Below, in pieces: positions 50,340-63,641 of a stretch of 64,000 bases of DNA. Position 1 is the first letter of the stretch. Every line of letters starts with the position of its first letter. The DNA comes from the human T2T-CHM13v2.0 reference genome, Homo sapiens, in assembly GCF_009914755.1 (NCBI RefSeq), contig NC_060926.1. One strand, written 5' to 3'. A program made the position numbers and the translations under genes. The notes under the pieces are model-generated. The model did not search any database. It was not told the DNA's origin and saw nothing but the letters and a program-made list of their open reading frames with translations.

Positions 50340-53300
50340 GCTCCCACTTATAAGTGAGAACATGTGGTGTTTGCTTTTCTGTTCCTGCATGACTTTTCTG
50401 AGGATAATGTCTTCCACTCCATCCATATCCCTGCAAAGGACATGATCTCATTCCTTTGTATGGCTGTATAGTATTCCATGGTGTATATGCGCCACATTTT
50501 CTTCATCCAATCTATCATTGATGGGCATTTAGGTTGATTCCGTATCTTTTCCCTTCTGAGTAGGGCTACAATCAACATCTGTGTGCATGTATCTTCATAA
50601 CAGAATGATTTATAGTCCTTTGGGTATATACCCAGTAATGGAATTGCTGGGTCAATTGGTATTGCTCTCTCCAGGTCTTTGAGGAATTACCACACTGTCT
50701 TCCACAATGGTTGAACTAATTTACACTCCCATTAACAGTGTAAAGGCATTCTTTTTTTTCTGCAACCTTGTCAGCATCTGTTATTTTTTTGACCTTTTGA
50801 TAATAGCCATTCTGACTGGTGCAAGAGGGTGTCTCTCTGTGGTTTTGATTTGCATTCCTCTAAGGATCAGTGATGTTGAGCTTTTTTCATATGTTTGTTG
50901 GCCACATGTATGTCTTCTTTTGAGAAGTGTTTGCTCATGTCCTTTGCTCACTTTTTAATGAAGTCTTTTTTTTTATTCTTGTATTTAAGAATACAAGTTC
51001 CTTGTAGACTCTGCATATTAGAACATTGTCAGATGGATAGATTGCAAAAATTTTCTCCCATTCTCTAGGTTGTTCACCCTGATGATAGTTTCTTTTGTTG
51101 TGCAGAAGCTCTTTAGTTTAATAGATCCCATTTGTCAATTTTTGCTTTTGTTGCAATTGCTTTTGGTGTTTTCATCATGAAATTTTTGCTGTGCCTATGT
51201 CCTGAATGGTATTGCCTAGATTTTCTTCTAGGGTTTTTATGGTTTTGGGTTTTACATTTAAGTCCTTAATCCATCTTGAGTTAATTTTTGTATAAGGTGT
51301 AAGAAAGGGGTCCAGTTTCTGTTTTATGCATATAGCTAGCCAGTTTTTCTAGCACCATTTACCGAATAGGAGATCCTTTCACCATTGTTTGTTTTCTGTC
51401 AGGTTTGCTGAAGATCAGATGGTTGTAGATGTGTGGTGTTATTTCTGAGGTCTCTGTTCTGCTCCATTGTTCTATATTTCTGTTTTGGTACCAGTACCAT
51501 GCTGCTTTGGTTACTGTTGCCTTGTAGTATAGTTTGAAGTCAGGTAGCATGATGCTTCCAGCTTTGTTATTTTTGCTTAGGATTGTCTTGGCTGTATGGG
51601 GTCTTCTTTGATTCCATATGAAATTTAAAATAGTTTTTCTAATTCTGTGAAGAATGTCAGTGGTAGTTTGATGGGAGTAGCATTGAATCTATAAATTATT
51701 TTGGGCAATATGGCCATTTTCATGATATTGATTCTTCCTATCTGTGAGGATGGAATATTTTTCCATTTGTTTGTGTCCTCTCTTATTTCCTTGAGCAGTG
51801 GTTTGCAGTTCTCCTTGAAGAGGTCCTTCACATCCCTTGTTAGCTGTATTCCTAGGTATTTTATTCTCTTTGCAGTGATAGTGAATGGGAGTTCATTCAT
51901 GATTTGGCTCTCTGTTTGCCTATTGTTGGTGTAAAGGAATACTTGTGATTTTTGCACGTTGAATTTGTATCCTGAGACTTAGCTGAAGTTGCTTATCAAT
52001 TCAAGACATTTTTGGGCTGAGATGATGGGGTTTTCTAAATATGAAATCATGTCATCTGCAAACAGAAACAACTTGACTACCTCTCTTCCCATTTGAGTAC
52101 CCTTTATTTCTTTCTCTTGCCTGATTGCCCTGGCCAGAACTTCCAATACTATGTTGAATAGGAGTGGTGAGAGAAGGCATCCTTGTCTTGTACTGGTTTT
52201 CAAAGGGAATGCTTCCAGCTTTTGCCCATTCAGTATGATATTGGCTGTGGGTTTTCCATAAATAGCTCTTATTATTTTGAGATATGTTGCATCAATACCT
52301 AGTTTATTGAGAGTTTTTAGATGTTGAATTTTATTGAAGGCCTTTTCTGCATCTATCGAGCTAATCATGTGGTTTTTACCTTTGGTTCTGTTTATGTGAT
52401 GATTACATTTATTGATTACATTTATGGACTACATTTATTGATTATGTATGTTGAACCAGCCTTGCATTCCAGAGCTGAAGCCAACTTGATCGTGGTGGAT
52501 AAGTTTTTTGATGTGCTGCTGGATTCAGTTTGCCAGTATTTTATTGAGGATTTTCACATCAATGTTCATCAGGGGATATTGGCCTGAAGTTTTCCTTTTT
52601 TTGTTGTGTCTCTTCCCAGTTTTGGTATCAGGATGATGCTGGCTTCATAAAATGAGTTAGGGAGGAGTCCCTCCTTTTCAATTGTTTGGAATAATTTCTG
52701 AAGGAATGGTACCAGATCCTCTTTATATTTCTGGTGGAATTCAGTTGTGAATCCATCTGGTCTGGGCTTTTTTTGTTTGATAGGCTATTAATTACTGCCT
52801 CAATTTCAGAGCTTGTTATTGGTCTATTGACAGATTCACCTTCTTTGTGGCTTAGTCTTGATAGAGTGTATGTGTCCAGGAAATTATCCATTTCTTCTAG
52901 GTTTTCTAGTTTATTTGCATAGAGGTGTTTATAGTATTCTCTGATGGTCATTCATTTGTATTTCTGTGGGGTCAGTGGTGCTATCCCCTTTATCATTTTT
53001 TACTGTGTCTATTTGATTCTTCTCTCTCTTCTTCTTTATTAATCTGGTTAGCAGTCTATCTATTTTGTTAATTTTTTTTAAAAAAACTAGCTCCTCAATT
53101 CGTTTATTTTTTGGAGGGTTTTTTGTGTCTCTATCTCCTTCAGTTCTGGTTTGATCTTAGTTATTTGTTGTCTTCTGCTAACTTTTGGATTAGTTTGCTC
53201 TTTCCTCTCTAGCTCTTTTAATTGTGATTTTAGGGTGTCAGTGTGAGATATTTCTAGCTTTCTGATGTGGTGATTTTAGTGCTATAAATTTCCCTCTTAA

Positions 53301-54184
53301 TACTGCTTTAGCTGTGTCCCAGAGATTCTGGTACATTGTCTCTTTATTCTCATTGGTTACAAAGAACTTCTTGATTTCTGCCTTAATTTCTTTATTTACT
53401 CCAGGAGTCATTCAAGAGCAGATTGTTCCATTTCCATTAAATGGTGTGGTTTTGAGTGAGTTTCTTAATCTTGAGTTTTAATTTGATTGTACTGTGGTCT
53501 GTGAGACTATTTGTTATGATTTCAGTTTTTTTTTTGCATTTGCTGAGGAGTGTTTTACTTCCAATTATGTGGTAGATTTTAGAATAAGTGCCATGTAGCA
53601 CTGAGAAGAGTGTATATTCTGTTGGTGTAGGGTAGAGAGTTCTGTAGATGTCCACCAGGTCCCTTGATCCAGAGCTGAGTTCAAGTCCTGAATATTCTCA
53701 CTAATTTTCTGTCTCATTGATCTGTCTAATACTGACAGTGAGGTGTTAAAGTCTCCCACTATTATTGTGTGGGAGTCTAAGTGTCTTTGTAGGTCTCTAA
53801 GATCTTGTTTTATGAATCTGGGTGCTCCTTTATTGGGTGCATATATATTTAGGATAGTTAGCTCTTCTTGCTCCATTGATCCCTTTACCACTATAAATGC
53901 CTTTCTTTGTCTTTTTTGATCTTTGTTGGTTTAAAGTCTGTTTTGTCAGAGACTAGGATAGCAACCCCTGCGTTTTTTTGCTTTCCATTTGTTTGGTAAA
54001 TTTTCCCCCATCTTTTTATTTTAAGCCTGTGTGTGTCTTTGCACGTAAGATGGGTCTCCTGAATACAGCACACTGATGGATCTTGACTCCTTATCCAATT
54101 TGCCAGTCTTTGTCTTTTAATTGGGACATTTAGCCCATTTACATTTAGGATTAGTATTGTTATGTGTGAATTTAATCCTTTCAT
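50340..54184 (-). pseudogene. L1 ORF2 remnant (endonuclease / reverse transcriptase), frameshifted
   Basis: MKGLNSHITILILNVNGLN...CCIQETHL; ILNIYAPN...IIVGDFNT; [12 protein letters not shown]...LFADDMI; [19 protein letters not shown]. Confidence 0.95.
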
Positions 54185-54239
54185 CCTGATGCTATTTGGT
54201 TATTTTGCACACTGGTCAATGGAGTTTCTTTGTAATATC

Positions 54240-55173
54240 ATTGGTCTTTATATTTTGGTGTGTTTTGGCAGTGGCTGATACTGGTTTTCCTTTCCATAAA
54301 GCTTAGTTTGGCTGAATATGAAATTCTGGTTGGAAATTCTTTTCTTTAGGAACGTTGAATATTGGCCCCCAATCTCTTCTGGCTTGTAGAGTTTCTGATG
54401 AGAGGTCTGCTGTTAGTCTGATGGGCTTCCCTTTGTAGGTGATGTGGCCTTTCTTTTTGGCTGCCCTTAACAGTTTTTCCTTCATTTCGACCTTGGAGAA
54501 TCTAATGATTATGTGTCTTGGGGTTGATCTCGTGGAGTACCTTAATGGTGTTCTCTGTATTTCCTGAATTTGCATGTCAGCCTGTCTTGCTAGGTTGGGG
54601 AAGTTTTCTTGGATAATATCCTGAAATGTGTTTTCCAGCTTGTTTCCATTCTCCCCATCTCCTTCTGCTTTTGGTACTACAATCAATCTTCAGTTCAGTC
54701 TTTTTATGAAGTCCCATATTTCTTGGAGGCCTTGTTCATTCCTTTTCATTCTTTTTTCTTTATTCTTGTCTGCATGTCTTATTTCAGTAAAGTGGTCTTC
54801 AAATTCTGGTATCCTTTCTTCCACTTGGTCAATTCAGCTGTTGATACGTGTGTATGCTTCACTAAGTTCTCATGCTGTGATTTTCATCTCCATCAGGTCA
54901 TTTATGTTCCTCTCTAAACTGGTTATTCTAGTTAGCAATTCCTTTAACCTTTTATCAAGGTTCTTAGCTTCCTTGCATTGGGTTAGAACATGCTCCTTTA
55001 GCTCATCACAGTTTTTTTATTACCCATCTTCTGAAGTGTACTTCTGTCAGTTCGTCCATCTGATCCTCTGCCCAGTTCTATGCCCTTGATGGAGAGATGT
55101 TGTGATCATATGGAGGAGAAGAGGCACATTGGCTTTTTGTGTTTTCAGCATTTTTTCATTGATCCTTTCTCAT
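54240..55173 (-). pseudogene. L1 ORF1 remnant
   Basis: 54303-54686: ENFPNLARQADMQIQEIQRTP...TPRHIIIRFSKVEMKEK...KGKPIRLTADLS; putative ATG at 55173 followed by an early stop. Confidence 0.9.
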
Positions 55174-56726
55174 CTTCGTGAGTTTGTCTAGTTTCAGTCT
55201 TGAGGCTGCTGACTCTTGGATGGAGTTTTTGTGGGGGCACTTTTGTTGTTGTTGATGATGATGCTATTGTTGTCACTTTCTCCTTATTTGTTTTTCAGTA
55301 GTCAGGTCCTCTTCTATAGGGCTGCTGCAGTTTGCTGGGGATTCACTCCCGTTCCTGGAGATGTCACTCAAGGAGGCTGGAGAGCAGCAAAGATGGGTGC
55401 CTGCTCCTTCTTTTGAGACCTCTGACCTTGAGGGGCACCAACTTGATGCCAGTAGGATTGCTCCTGCATAGGGTGTCTGGCAACCCCTGTCAGAGGGTCT
55501 CATCCAGTTGGGTGGCATGGGGAGCAGGACCTGTTTAACGAAGCACTTTGTCCCTTGGTAGAGAGGGTGTGTTTTGCTGGGGGGAAACCCACTACTCTGG
55601 ATTGCCTGGATTCCTCAAAACTACCAGGAGGAGAGGCTAAGTCTGCTGGTCTGCAGAGACTGTGGCCACCCCTCCCCCTAGGGGCTCAGGCCCAGGGAGA
55701 TCTGAATTCTGTCCCTGAGCCTCTGGCTGGAGTTATTGGAGATCCTGCAGGGAAGCCCCACCCACTGAGGAAGGATGGATCAGGGTTAGGCCTGAAGAGG
55801 CACTCTGGCTGCCGACTGCCACAGCTGGTGTGTTGGGCTGTGGGGACAAGTCTTGGGACCAAGCCGTTCAGCCTCCCTGGCTCCAGCAGGAGAAAAGTTC
55901 AGCCTGGAGCTATAGAAACGGGCACCACCCTTCCCCCACCCAGGGAGCTTAGTGTGTTAGGCAGTTATGAGTCCCAGTGCTGGCTGCTGCCCCTCCCCCA
56001 AGAAGCTCAAACCTTTAGACAGCAGGCAGCTGCAGCTGGTGCTGGTCACCCCTCCCTTCGGGAGTTCGGTGGGCTTAAGCAGATTCCAGCTGAGAGACTG
56101 TAAGAATCTGTGGATTCCAGAGTTGGGACGCTTGGCCCAGGTGGCATGGGTTTGAGGGTGGGAACTTCCCATCCATGGGTTGCACAGTTCCGTGGAAAAA
56201 GCACAGTTTCCCTTGCTGGGTAGCCCGCTCACTCACTGCCTCCCAGTCAATTTTGATGAGAGAACCTGGATACTTTGGTTGCCAGTGAAGGATTCACACG
56301 CTTATTATGGTTTTTCTCTATGGGAGCCTCTGACTGCCACTGCTTTTAGTCGGCCATCTTGAACCTGTCCTCTAAGTTTTAAAATTACTAATTTGATCTC
56401 CTTACTTGCTATAGTAGACTACCTGTTCCTTTTTGTGTGTTTCTTGAAGGTTGTCCATTTCATCCAGGTTATATAATGTGTTGCTTTATGGTTGTTTATA
56501 GTGTTCCCTTATACTCTTTTTTTTTTATTTCTATAAAGTCTTAATTCTAGTGATTTGAATCTTCTCCCTTTTTTTCTTGATCACTCCAGCTAATGGTTTG
56601 TCTGTAATGTTGAGAACCAACTTTTGGTTTGATTGAATTTCTGTTGTTTGTTTCATTTATCTACATTCTGATTTTCATGTGCTTCCTTCTATTTGCCTGG
56701 CATGTATGTGGTTTGCTCTTGTCTAG

Positions 56727-56900
<174 letters not shown>

Positions 56901-57192
56901 TGAGATGGAGTCTCGCTCTGTCTCCCAGGCTGGAGTGCAGTGGCGTGATCTTGGCTCATTTTAAGCTCCACCTCCCGGGTTCACGCCATTCTCCTGCCTC
57001 AGCCTCCTGAGTAGCTGGAACTACAGGCACCCACCACCACGCCCGGCTAATTTTTTTTTTTCTTTTGTATTTTTAGTAGAGACAGGGTTTCATGGTGTTA
57101 ACCAGGATGGTCTCGATCTCCTGACCTAGTGATCCGCCTGCCTCGGCCTCCCAAAGTGCTGGGATTACAGGCATGAGCCACCACGCCTGGCC
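56901..57192 (-). mobile_element. AluY
   Basis: aagctccacctcccgggttcacgccattctcc; TSD ttgtctagtttctt (56719-56732, 57195-57208). Confidence 0.95.
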
Positions 57193-57804
57193 CTTTGTCT
57201 AGTTTCTTAAAGTGAAAACATGGATTGTTGATCTGTTATCTTTCTTTTTTTAAATAAATAAGTTTATATATTAAAAATGTAGCTATAAATTTCCTTCTGA
57301 GCACTGCTGTAGTTGCATTCCATAAATTTTGGTGTATTGTGTTTCTATTATTATTCATCTCAAATTATTTTCTAGTTGCCTTTTTGATTTTTTTCTTTGA
57401 TCCAGTGATTATTGGGAATATTTTTCTTTAGTTTGCTCATACTTAAGAATTTCAAAAATTTCCTTTTATTATTGATTTGTAACTCAATTCCATTATGACA
57501 GGAGGACACACTTTTTACAAATTCAATTATTTTGTAGTTACGGATATTTGTTCTATGGTTTAACATGTGGCCTATTCTGGAGAATGCTCCATGTGCACCT
57601 AAAGAGAATGTATATTTGGTGTTATTGGGTGTAATGTTTTCTAAATGTCCATTAGATCTGGTTGGCTGACAGTGTTGTTAAAGTCTTCTATTCCGTGCTG
57701 ATTTTTGCCTAGTTGTTCTATCCACTGTTAAAGGTGGGGTATTGAAGTTTCCAATTATATTTCTGAGCTGTCTATTTTTGTGTATTCTTCCCTTCATTCT
57801 TTAG

Positions 57805-57830
57805 TTTTTTTTTTTTTTTTTTTTTTTTTT
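57805..57830. repeat. Poly-T run (26 nt)
   Basis: Directly visible. Confidence 0.95.
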
Positions 57831-57859
57831 AATGTATTTGGGGCTTTGTGTGGGTGTTG

Positions 57860-58560
57860 AGGCATAACTTCATTGTGATAATTTGCAACTCTGTCTTGGC
57901 CTTCACTTCCTGCTAGTGCGGGGCCTATGTTCTGCCAGAGGTGAGAAGTTAGGGTCTTTTCAGATCACTTCCAAGTATGCACACTTCCCTGTATATGTAC
58001 ATGTCCTTCTAGACCCTTAGGAATATGGGTCAAAGTCATCATGGACATCTTTTCCCCAGGTCTTCCTTTTAAGTTTTTGGCCAGATACTTGTTTGCCCCA
58101 ACTGTCATCACTACTTCAGTGACAATGTTAAACAACTACCACTGATTATTTTTGACAGATGCCCTGGGGTCAGGGCTCTTTGCACAGAGTGAGCTCCGGA
58201 GTCAGGTCAGATAATGATAGGCCCTCCAGATGGGACTTTCTGAAGCCCTTCAAACTCTGGCTGACCCCTTTAGTTGCTGCTGTGATGATGGTTTTTACAA
58301 CTACTGATATTGCAAGACTGCTGATTTTCAAGGCTACTGGGGAGCTGGGGAGAGAAGGCAGGGAATAGAGCAAGTTAAAACCACAAGGCTAACTATTCTT
58401 ACTGAGATGCAACCAGTTTTCTTGGATCGATACTTCTTGCATTGTTGTAAGCTTTTGGTTAATTTTAAGAGTCCTGAAAAAGTTTATTTTGTCAGATTCT
58501 CATTGATTTTACGAAGGAGTAGATTTTGGAGGCCTTTCACCACCATTCCAGAAGTTCCTT
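57860..58560 (-). mobile_element. Old L1M 5' region remnant
   Basis: gccttcacttcctgct...aatagagcaagttaaaaccacaa...ctttcaccaccattcc. Confidence 0.55.
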
Positions 58561-61021
58561 ATATCACTTTTATAAAAATATTGCTAAATATCAAGGTATA
58601 TTGCATTCTTGAGCAGGAATGCATGCTTAACTCCAGAGGCCTGGAAGATTATCTTAGACTATAGGTTCTAGAATATAGGAAAACCTTCCAGGCCTCTGGA
58701 GTTATGCATGCATTCCTGCTCAAGAAAGATCTGGCTTTCATCTCATTTTTGATCCAAGCTTCAGCTGATTGGCTGCCTGACTCAGGGTTTAAGGAGGTTT
58801 GCTCTACTGTTTGACATATGTTCCTGCGAGGAGCTGAACACCCATATCCATTAGTGGAATATGAGTATTGGTTTAATGTGGACACTTTGCAGCCTTGGTT
58901 GGACCTCTGGAGTTTCATATTTACTGTTCAAGGCACTATAGTAAGGTCAGAATGAGCAGGGCTGGGTTCACAAAGAAGGAGAACAAGTAGGAAGAAGAGA
59001 AGGGGGAGGGGGAATAGAGGAGAAGCAAGAGAAAAAAACCACACACCTGTATTCGATTCTGGAAATTGTTTATGGAAGGATTAGATGTGATAAAGTGTAA
59101 AACGAAATCTTGAAACCATTGTGTCCTGTATAAGTAATACAACTTACTACATTAATCCTAGTCTTAATGGGAAGTCCAGGGCTCCAGAGTTAAGAATGTG
59201 TGGGGTCCCTGGAGAAGGCAACCATCCTGAACAAGCCATCTAATAGTTATTCTTCCCCTAGAGAGGCTTTTAGGAGAAATCAACCAGGTACAATGATCAA
59301 AGCAAGAGAAAGAATACGTAGCCATGTAATGGAAAGAAAGCCAGCAGCATCTTAAGGCCTCCTGTTTGTTTGTTCTTTCATTGGCTGAGCAGGAGCCGGA
59401 CACTGTGTCAGATGAGGACTCAGAGTAGGCAGCAAGCAGCCTAAAGGAGTCTTGATGAGGATGTGGTCATCAAAGCCACTGTGGCTAGGCATAGAGCAGG
59501 GGCCCCTGGGGCAGTGCGGGGCAGGTGCTGGGTCTGCGGCCGAAGACCTGCTACAGGGGAGCTTTGTGTTAAGACATTAAGGCCAAGGTGGAGACACTGA
59601 GGTGGAGCTGGGCAGGTGGGAAGAGGCAGCGAGAGGCATGGAGATAGGGAGCCAGTGCATGCTTGGACTCTTTGAGGAATGCAGGTCTCACAGGGTGACT
59701 GGGCACAGGGTTTGACAAGGCTCCTGGAAGCTGCAAAGACATAGGCCACCATGTTGAGGAGTTCAGACTATGGTGAGTGACTGGAGATATGAGCAGGGAG
59801 TGATGTGGCCAACACAAACTTAAGGATTACCCTGTCCTGGAGCCAGTGTGAAGGAGAGGTGGAAGGCAGGCATGGTGAGTGCAAGGGCGCCCTGAGAGTG
59901 TGCCACCATGGTGGCTTACAAAAGCAAGATACAGCCCAGGCCCAAAGGGCTGTGGGACAATGAGAGTGGGCGGAGGGGCAGGTGTTGAAGAAGAGACCAT
60001 GGGGCAGTGGCTGCTGGATGTAGGGAGGAAGCAAAGGGAAAAATGTAGGCTCATGTCTAGAGCTCCAGCATGGACAGCTGGGTGGATGACGCGCCAAGCT
60101 TCAAGACCAGGAATCAGAGGGAAACTCAGGGTTAGCAGGAACATCAGGAAATACATACACTCTGTGCCATTTCAGTGGCTGGCATGTGCAGCCTCGTGCT
60201 GAGCCCTGAAAATGCGGTGGCACCCCCAGGACCCAATGGGCACCTGCACAGGGGAGATAAGCACACAGTGTCAGGGGTGCCCGGTCAGGAGAGCCCTGGT
60301 GGTGTGCCCAGGCTCGGAGAAGAGACTCTGCTCAACTCTCCAATTTGGTCGGGGTGAAGAGTGAGTATAGCCTGGGGGGCTGTGGGCCAGGCCAGAGCTG
60401 TGGCAGGGCCAGCAGGAAGAGCGTGGTACTTGGGCAGGCCAGGCCAGAGTGTTGGGCTTGGTACTGAGTGTGTGCAGTGTGGGCATGGCTGGAGCCCCAC
60501 AGCTGTAGCATTCCGGTGGAAATGTTCTGCAAGCCTTAGAAGATACAGAGGACAACTTGGAGAAGACTCCTCAGTGGGGGATCCAGATCTGGGATTTATC
60601 CATCCGGAGGTGCTTGCAGCCACGGCAGGAGTGAGACGAGGGGAACGTGGCATGAAGAGGGTGCCCCAGGGAGGCTGTGCCAGGTGCAGGCTTGAGTCAG
60701 CTCAGGCGTTCACAGCCTGCAGGAGGGCAGGAGGTGCAGCGGTGAGGCCTGTGCTTGCGCTCTGCTGTCTGCCTCCATCATCATCCCCCTGCACCCCTTT
60801 CCCACTGCCCGAGAACTTGGCACCCCCAGCATCCTCTAACGCCCAGCCCTGGTGGCTTGCCCTGATCCTCAGTTCCCAGCTGGATTCAGGGGCTCCTGCT
60901 CAGGGGTTCCCACAGCTCTCTGAACACAAGTTACTCTCAGGCCACAGCTGTTTGTCCACACCAGGCCATCTTGCAGGGCTGTGACCTTTTTGCCAGCAGG
61001 GCCTGTGTCCAGGCTGAGTGC

Positions 61022-61970
61022 TGAGGAAACCAAAATATTTCACCTCAAAATATGCTTCTTTGATATATTTCAAGACGGCTATACAGAAGGGCTGCGAATG
61101 CAAGAAGAATTGAAAAGCTGGCTATTGAGGGGAGATTTGCATCTGTAGAGAATCTGCATCGATGCAGCCAGGCTATTCTCAGAGGCCTCCATTATCCTAT
61201 CAAGGAGAGATTAACCAAGAATCTGACATCCACAAAGGTCCAAAAGAAACATTCACCATCTATGCTGTCTGAGGGCTGCTATCTGTGAGCTTTCACCTAC
61301 ACGAGACCACCTTTGTCAGCTAGACCCCGCTCCCCCTCCAGTAACGTGATTTAGCACCATAACCCATCTGTGGCCATGCTTGAAGCCCCCATTTTCTTCC
61401 TGTTTTAGCCTACAGCTGCCTCCTTACTATTTTAAGTTTGGCCTAAAGGTTTCTCTGTAAGTGTGAACTGTACCCTAACTGGATGTGTGAACAGACATAA
61501 CCTAGTCTTGTACTAATCACTGAATTTCAGCAAATCACAGGTGGCCAACTATTCAAACTGCATTTAAATAAGGCAAAGCTGAGCTGGGACCAATCTGGCT
61601 GTTTCTGTACCTCACTTCTGTTTTCTGTACGTCCTTTTCCTTTTTTTGTCCATGAATCTCTGACCACATGGCAGGGCTGGAGTCTCTCTGAACCTATTCT
61701 AATTTGGAGGTGAGGGGCTGCCCAATTTGCAAATAGTCTTTGCTCAACTAAAGTCTGTTAAATTTAATTTGCCTAATGTTTTTCTTTTAACATTCTGTAA
61801 CCTCAAGATGGTAAAAAAGCATTAACCATCTTGTCTTTCTTTGAGATGTTTGTATGACTCCCAAGCACATGAATAAAATGTGTGCATGCCATTTCTCCTG
61901 TTAATCTACCTTTGTCAGTTGGTTTTCAGTGAACCTTCCAAGGGTAAAGGGAATGTTCTTGGCCCCTACA
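61022..61970 (+). mobile_element. ERV1 solo LTR, MER39/MER34-like, split by MER57
   Basis: tgaggaaaccaaaatatttcacctcaaaatatgcttctttg...ggggagatttgcatctgtagagaatctgcat...ctgtaacctcaagatggt...gaataaaa...ttggcccctaca. Confidence 0.82.
61401..61792 (+). mobile_element. MER57B-like ERV1 LTR nested in the MER39-like LTR
   Basis: tttagcctacagctgcctccttac...ggcctaaaggtttctc...ccaatctggctgtttctgtacctcacttc...ttttaaca; flanks ttcc/ttct. Confidence 0.88.
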
Positions 61971-62227
61971 GCATGGTGCCCACGAGCAATAGGTGACTGA
62001 GGAGTATCTGAGTTGGATATTTGCCACCTGCACCATTAGGCAAGAAACATGTAAGCTGTCCAACAAACACACCTTTTCCTTTCTCTTATGTCTGTTGCAG
62101 AAATGGATTTTTTAAGGATGGGTACAAATTATATCTTAAATATACCAAGGTAAGGGACCAGGAAGGGACACTCAGTATCTACCACCCTGCAAACACCGTT
62201 TTAGGTACTTGTCTTAAGGGCTGAATG

Positions 62228-62396
62228 CAGGCTTGGCTGTAAAATTTGCAGGGCCCAGTGCAATGTGACAAACAGAGCTCTTCAGTAATTACTATGGATT
62301 TCAAAACAGGAATAGTAGAGCATTAAACCACATTGGGCCCTTCTGAGCACTAACCCCTGTGGCAGCACAGGCTGCAGGCCCATAGAGCTGGCTCTG
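62228..62396 (-). mobile_element. MER45A (hAT-Tip100 MITE)
   Basis: aaatttgcagggcccagtgcaa...agagcattaaacca...gggcccttctgagcac. Confidence 0.8.
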
Positions 62397-62419
62397 GCTT
62401 ACCTACAAGGACATAGTTA

Positions 62420-62535
62420 ACTTTTTTTATGGACTCAGAGAAGATAAGTAACTTGACCATCGTTGCCCAGTAAATGAACCATGTAGCCAAGATTCAAACT
62501 TAGAAATTCAAACTCCAGAGTCCTTGTTGTTCTCT
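62420..62535 (-). mobile_element. MIR fragment
   Basis: gactcagagaagataagtaacttgacca...agccaagattcaaac...actccagagtcc. Confidence 0.6.
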
Positions 62536-62571
62536 CAAATTCTGTGTGATGAATATTTTTCATAAATGGCA

Positions 62572-62650
62572 TTAGTTGTAACTGTATGAAATTTCCATTT
62601 TTGAAGATGAAAATGGTAGATTATTGGCAATTTCATATGGTTCCATTTAA
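62572..62650. mobile_element. MADE2-like Mariner MITE
   Basis: About 80 bp with degenerate inverted ends ttagttgtaactgtatgaaatttcca / tggcaatttcatatggttccatttaa. Confidence 0.72.
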
Positions 62651-63169
62651 CACAGTCCCTTTGATCACACTCCTCTCTGTGTGTGGGTCAGTTCAGCTTA
62701 CTTAGAGTGAGGCCGACGAGGCTGCTGGCTGCATCATTCCGCCTGCACTGGCATGGGGCTGACCACAGCCTCTCAGCCATGTGCTGGAACTGTGTGTGAC
62801 TGTTGGAGGTCTCTATCCCTGTCATGTGCAAGGTGGCCTGTGCCGATTTGCCCCCTTGGGGCTCAGTGGAAGGCTGGGCAGGGACCAACACTGCTGCTTT
62901 TGGGTAGGACATGGCTGTCTGTGGCTGAGGGTCTGGTGTATAGAAAGTGCTCAGGAAATGTTGTTGGATGTTTCAAATCAGTGATTTAAAGGCTCAAGAA
63001 CAGAATATGCACTGCTGAAATACAGGTAAATCAGTCATCTAGAGATTATGGAAAGCAGTCTGGCCGTATGTACCGCAGGTCTTAAAGTCTTACTGAGCTT
63101 CTGTCTCGTCGTCACCATCCTGAGAAGTTAATCTAAAATGAGGACAAAGTTTTAAGACTATCTGTGTGT

Positions 63170-63540
63170 TTTCAGTTCTTATTGATAATAGTGAAAATGG
63201 AGGACAAACTCGATGTGCATTAATAGGTGAACCACAAAGGAAATTAGGGCACATTCATTTGATGGAACATCTTGGAACTTACATTGGATGATGACCACTG
63301 GTTGTTTTATAAGATGGAAAAGCACTTACATTATGTAATGTTTTCAGGAAAAAGCAGAATGGGATAAGTATGTGAAAAATTAAGTAGCATTATTATATGT
63401 AACAACTCAGTCTTGAAAACTTATGAAATAGATTGAAGACAACTTATTAAAGATCAACATTAATATTGACTTGGCCTGGGATTGCGAGCAATTTTCTTTT
63501 ACTTTTAGATTTTCTGATGTTCTAAATCATTCAACGAGGG
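63170..63540 (+). mobile_element. L1ME 3' remnant
   Basis: ataatagtgaaaatggaggacaaactcgatgtgcattaatagg...acattcatttgatggaa...aaaaagcagaat. Confidence 0.55.
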
Positions 63541-63641
63541 TGAATGGCTCATGTCATTCGCATAGGGAAAGAAGTGGACTTCGTGGGCCCCTCTCTCCCT
63601 GAACCTGCTCTGGCCCTGCATTGCTGTCCTGGGTCCTGGGG

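Larger units (their letters stand above)
50117..56372 (-). mobile_element. Near full-length decayed L1PA (about L1PA8A-L1PA13)
   Basis: 5' end (rev) gaggacaggttcaagatggccgact with YY1 site; 5' UTR, ORF1, ORF2, 3' UTR and A-rich tail all in order. Confidence 0.95.

Noticed and set aside
55555-56103. 182-aa ORF antisense in the L1 5' UTR (ORF0-like position)
   Set aside because: TTG start, old subfamily with a different 5' UTR, no resemblance I can see to L1 ORF0
50117-56372. Potentially active full-length L1
   Set aside because: ORF1 and ORF2 are broken by many stops, frameshifts and deletions
60361-60984. 207-aa + strand ORF
   Set aside because: GTG start, GC-rich low-complexity peptide, no recognisable family or exon structure
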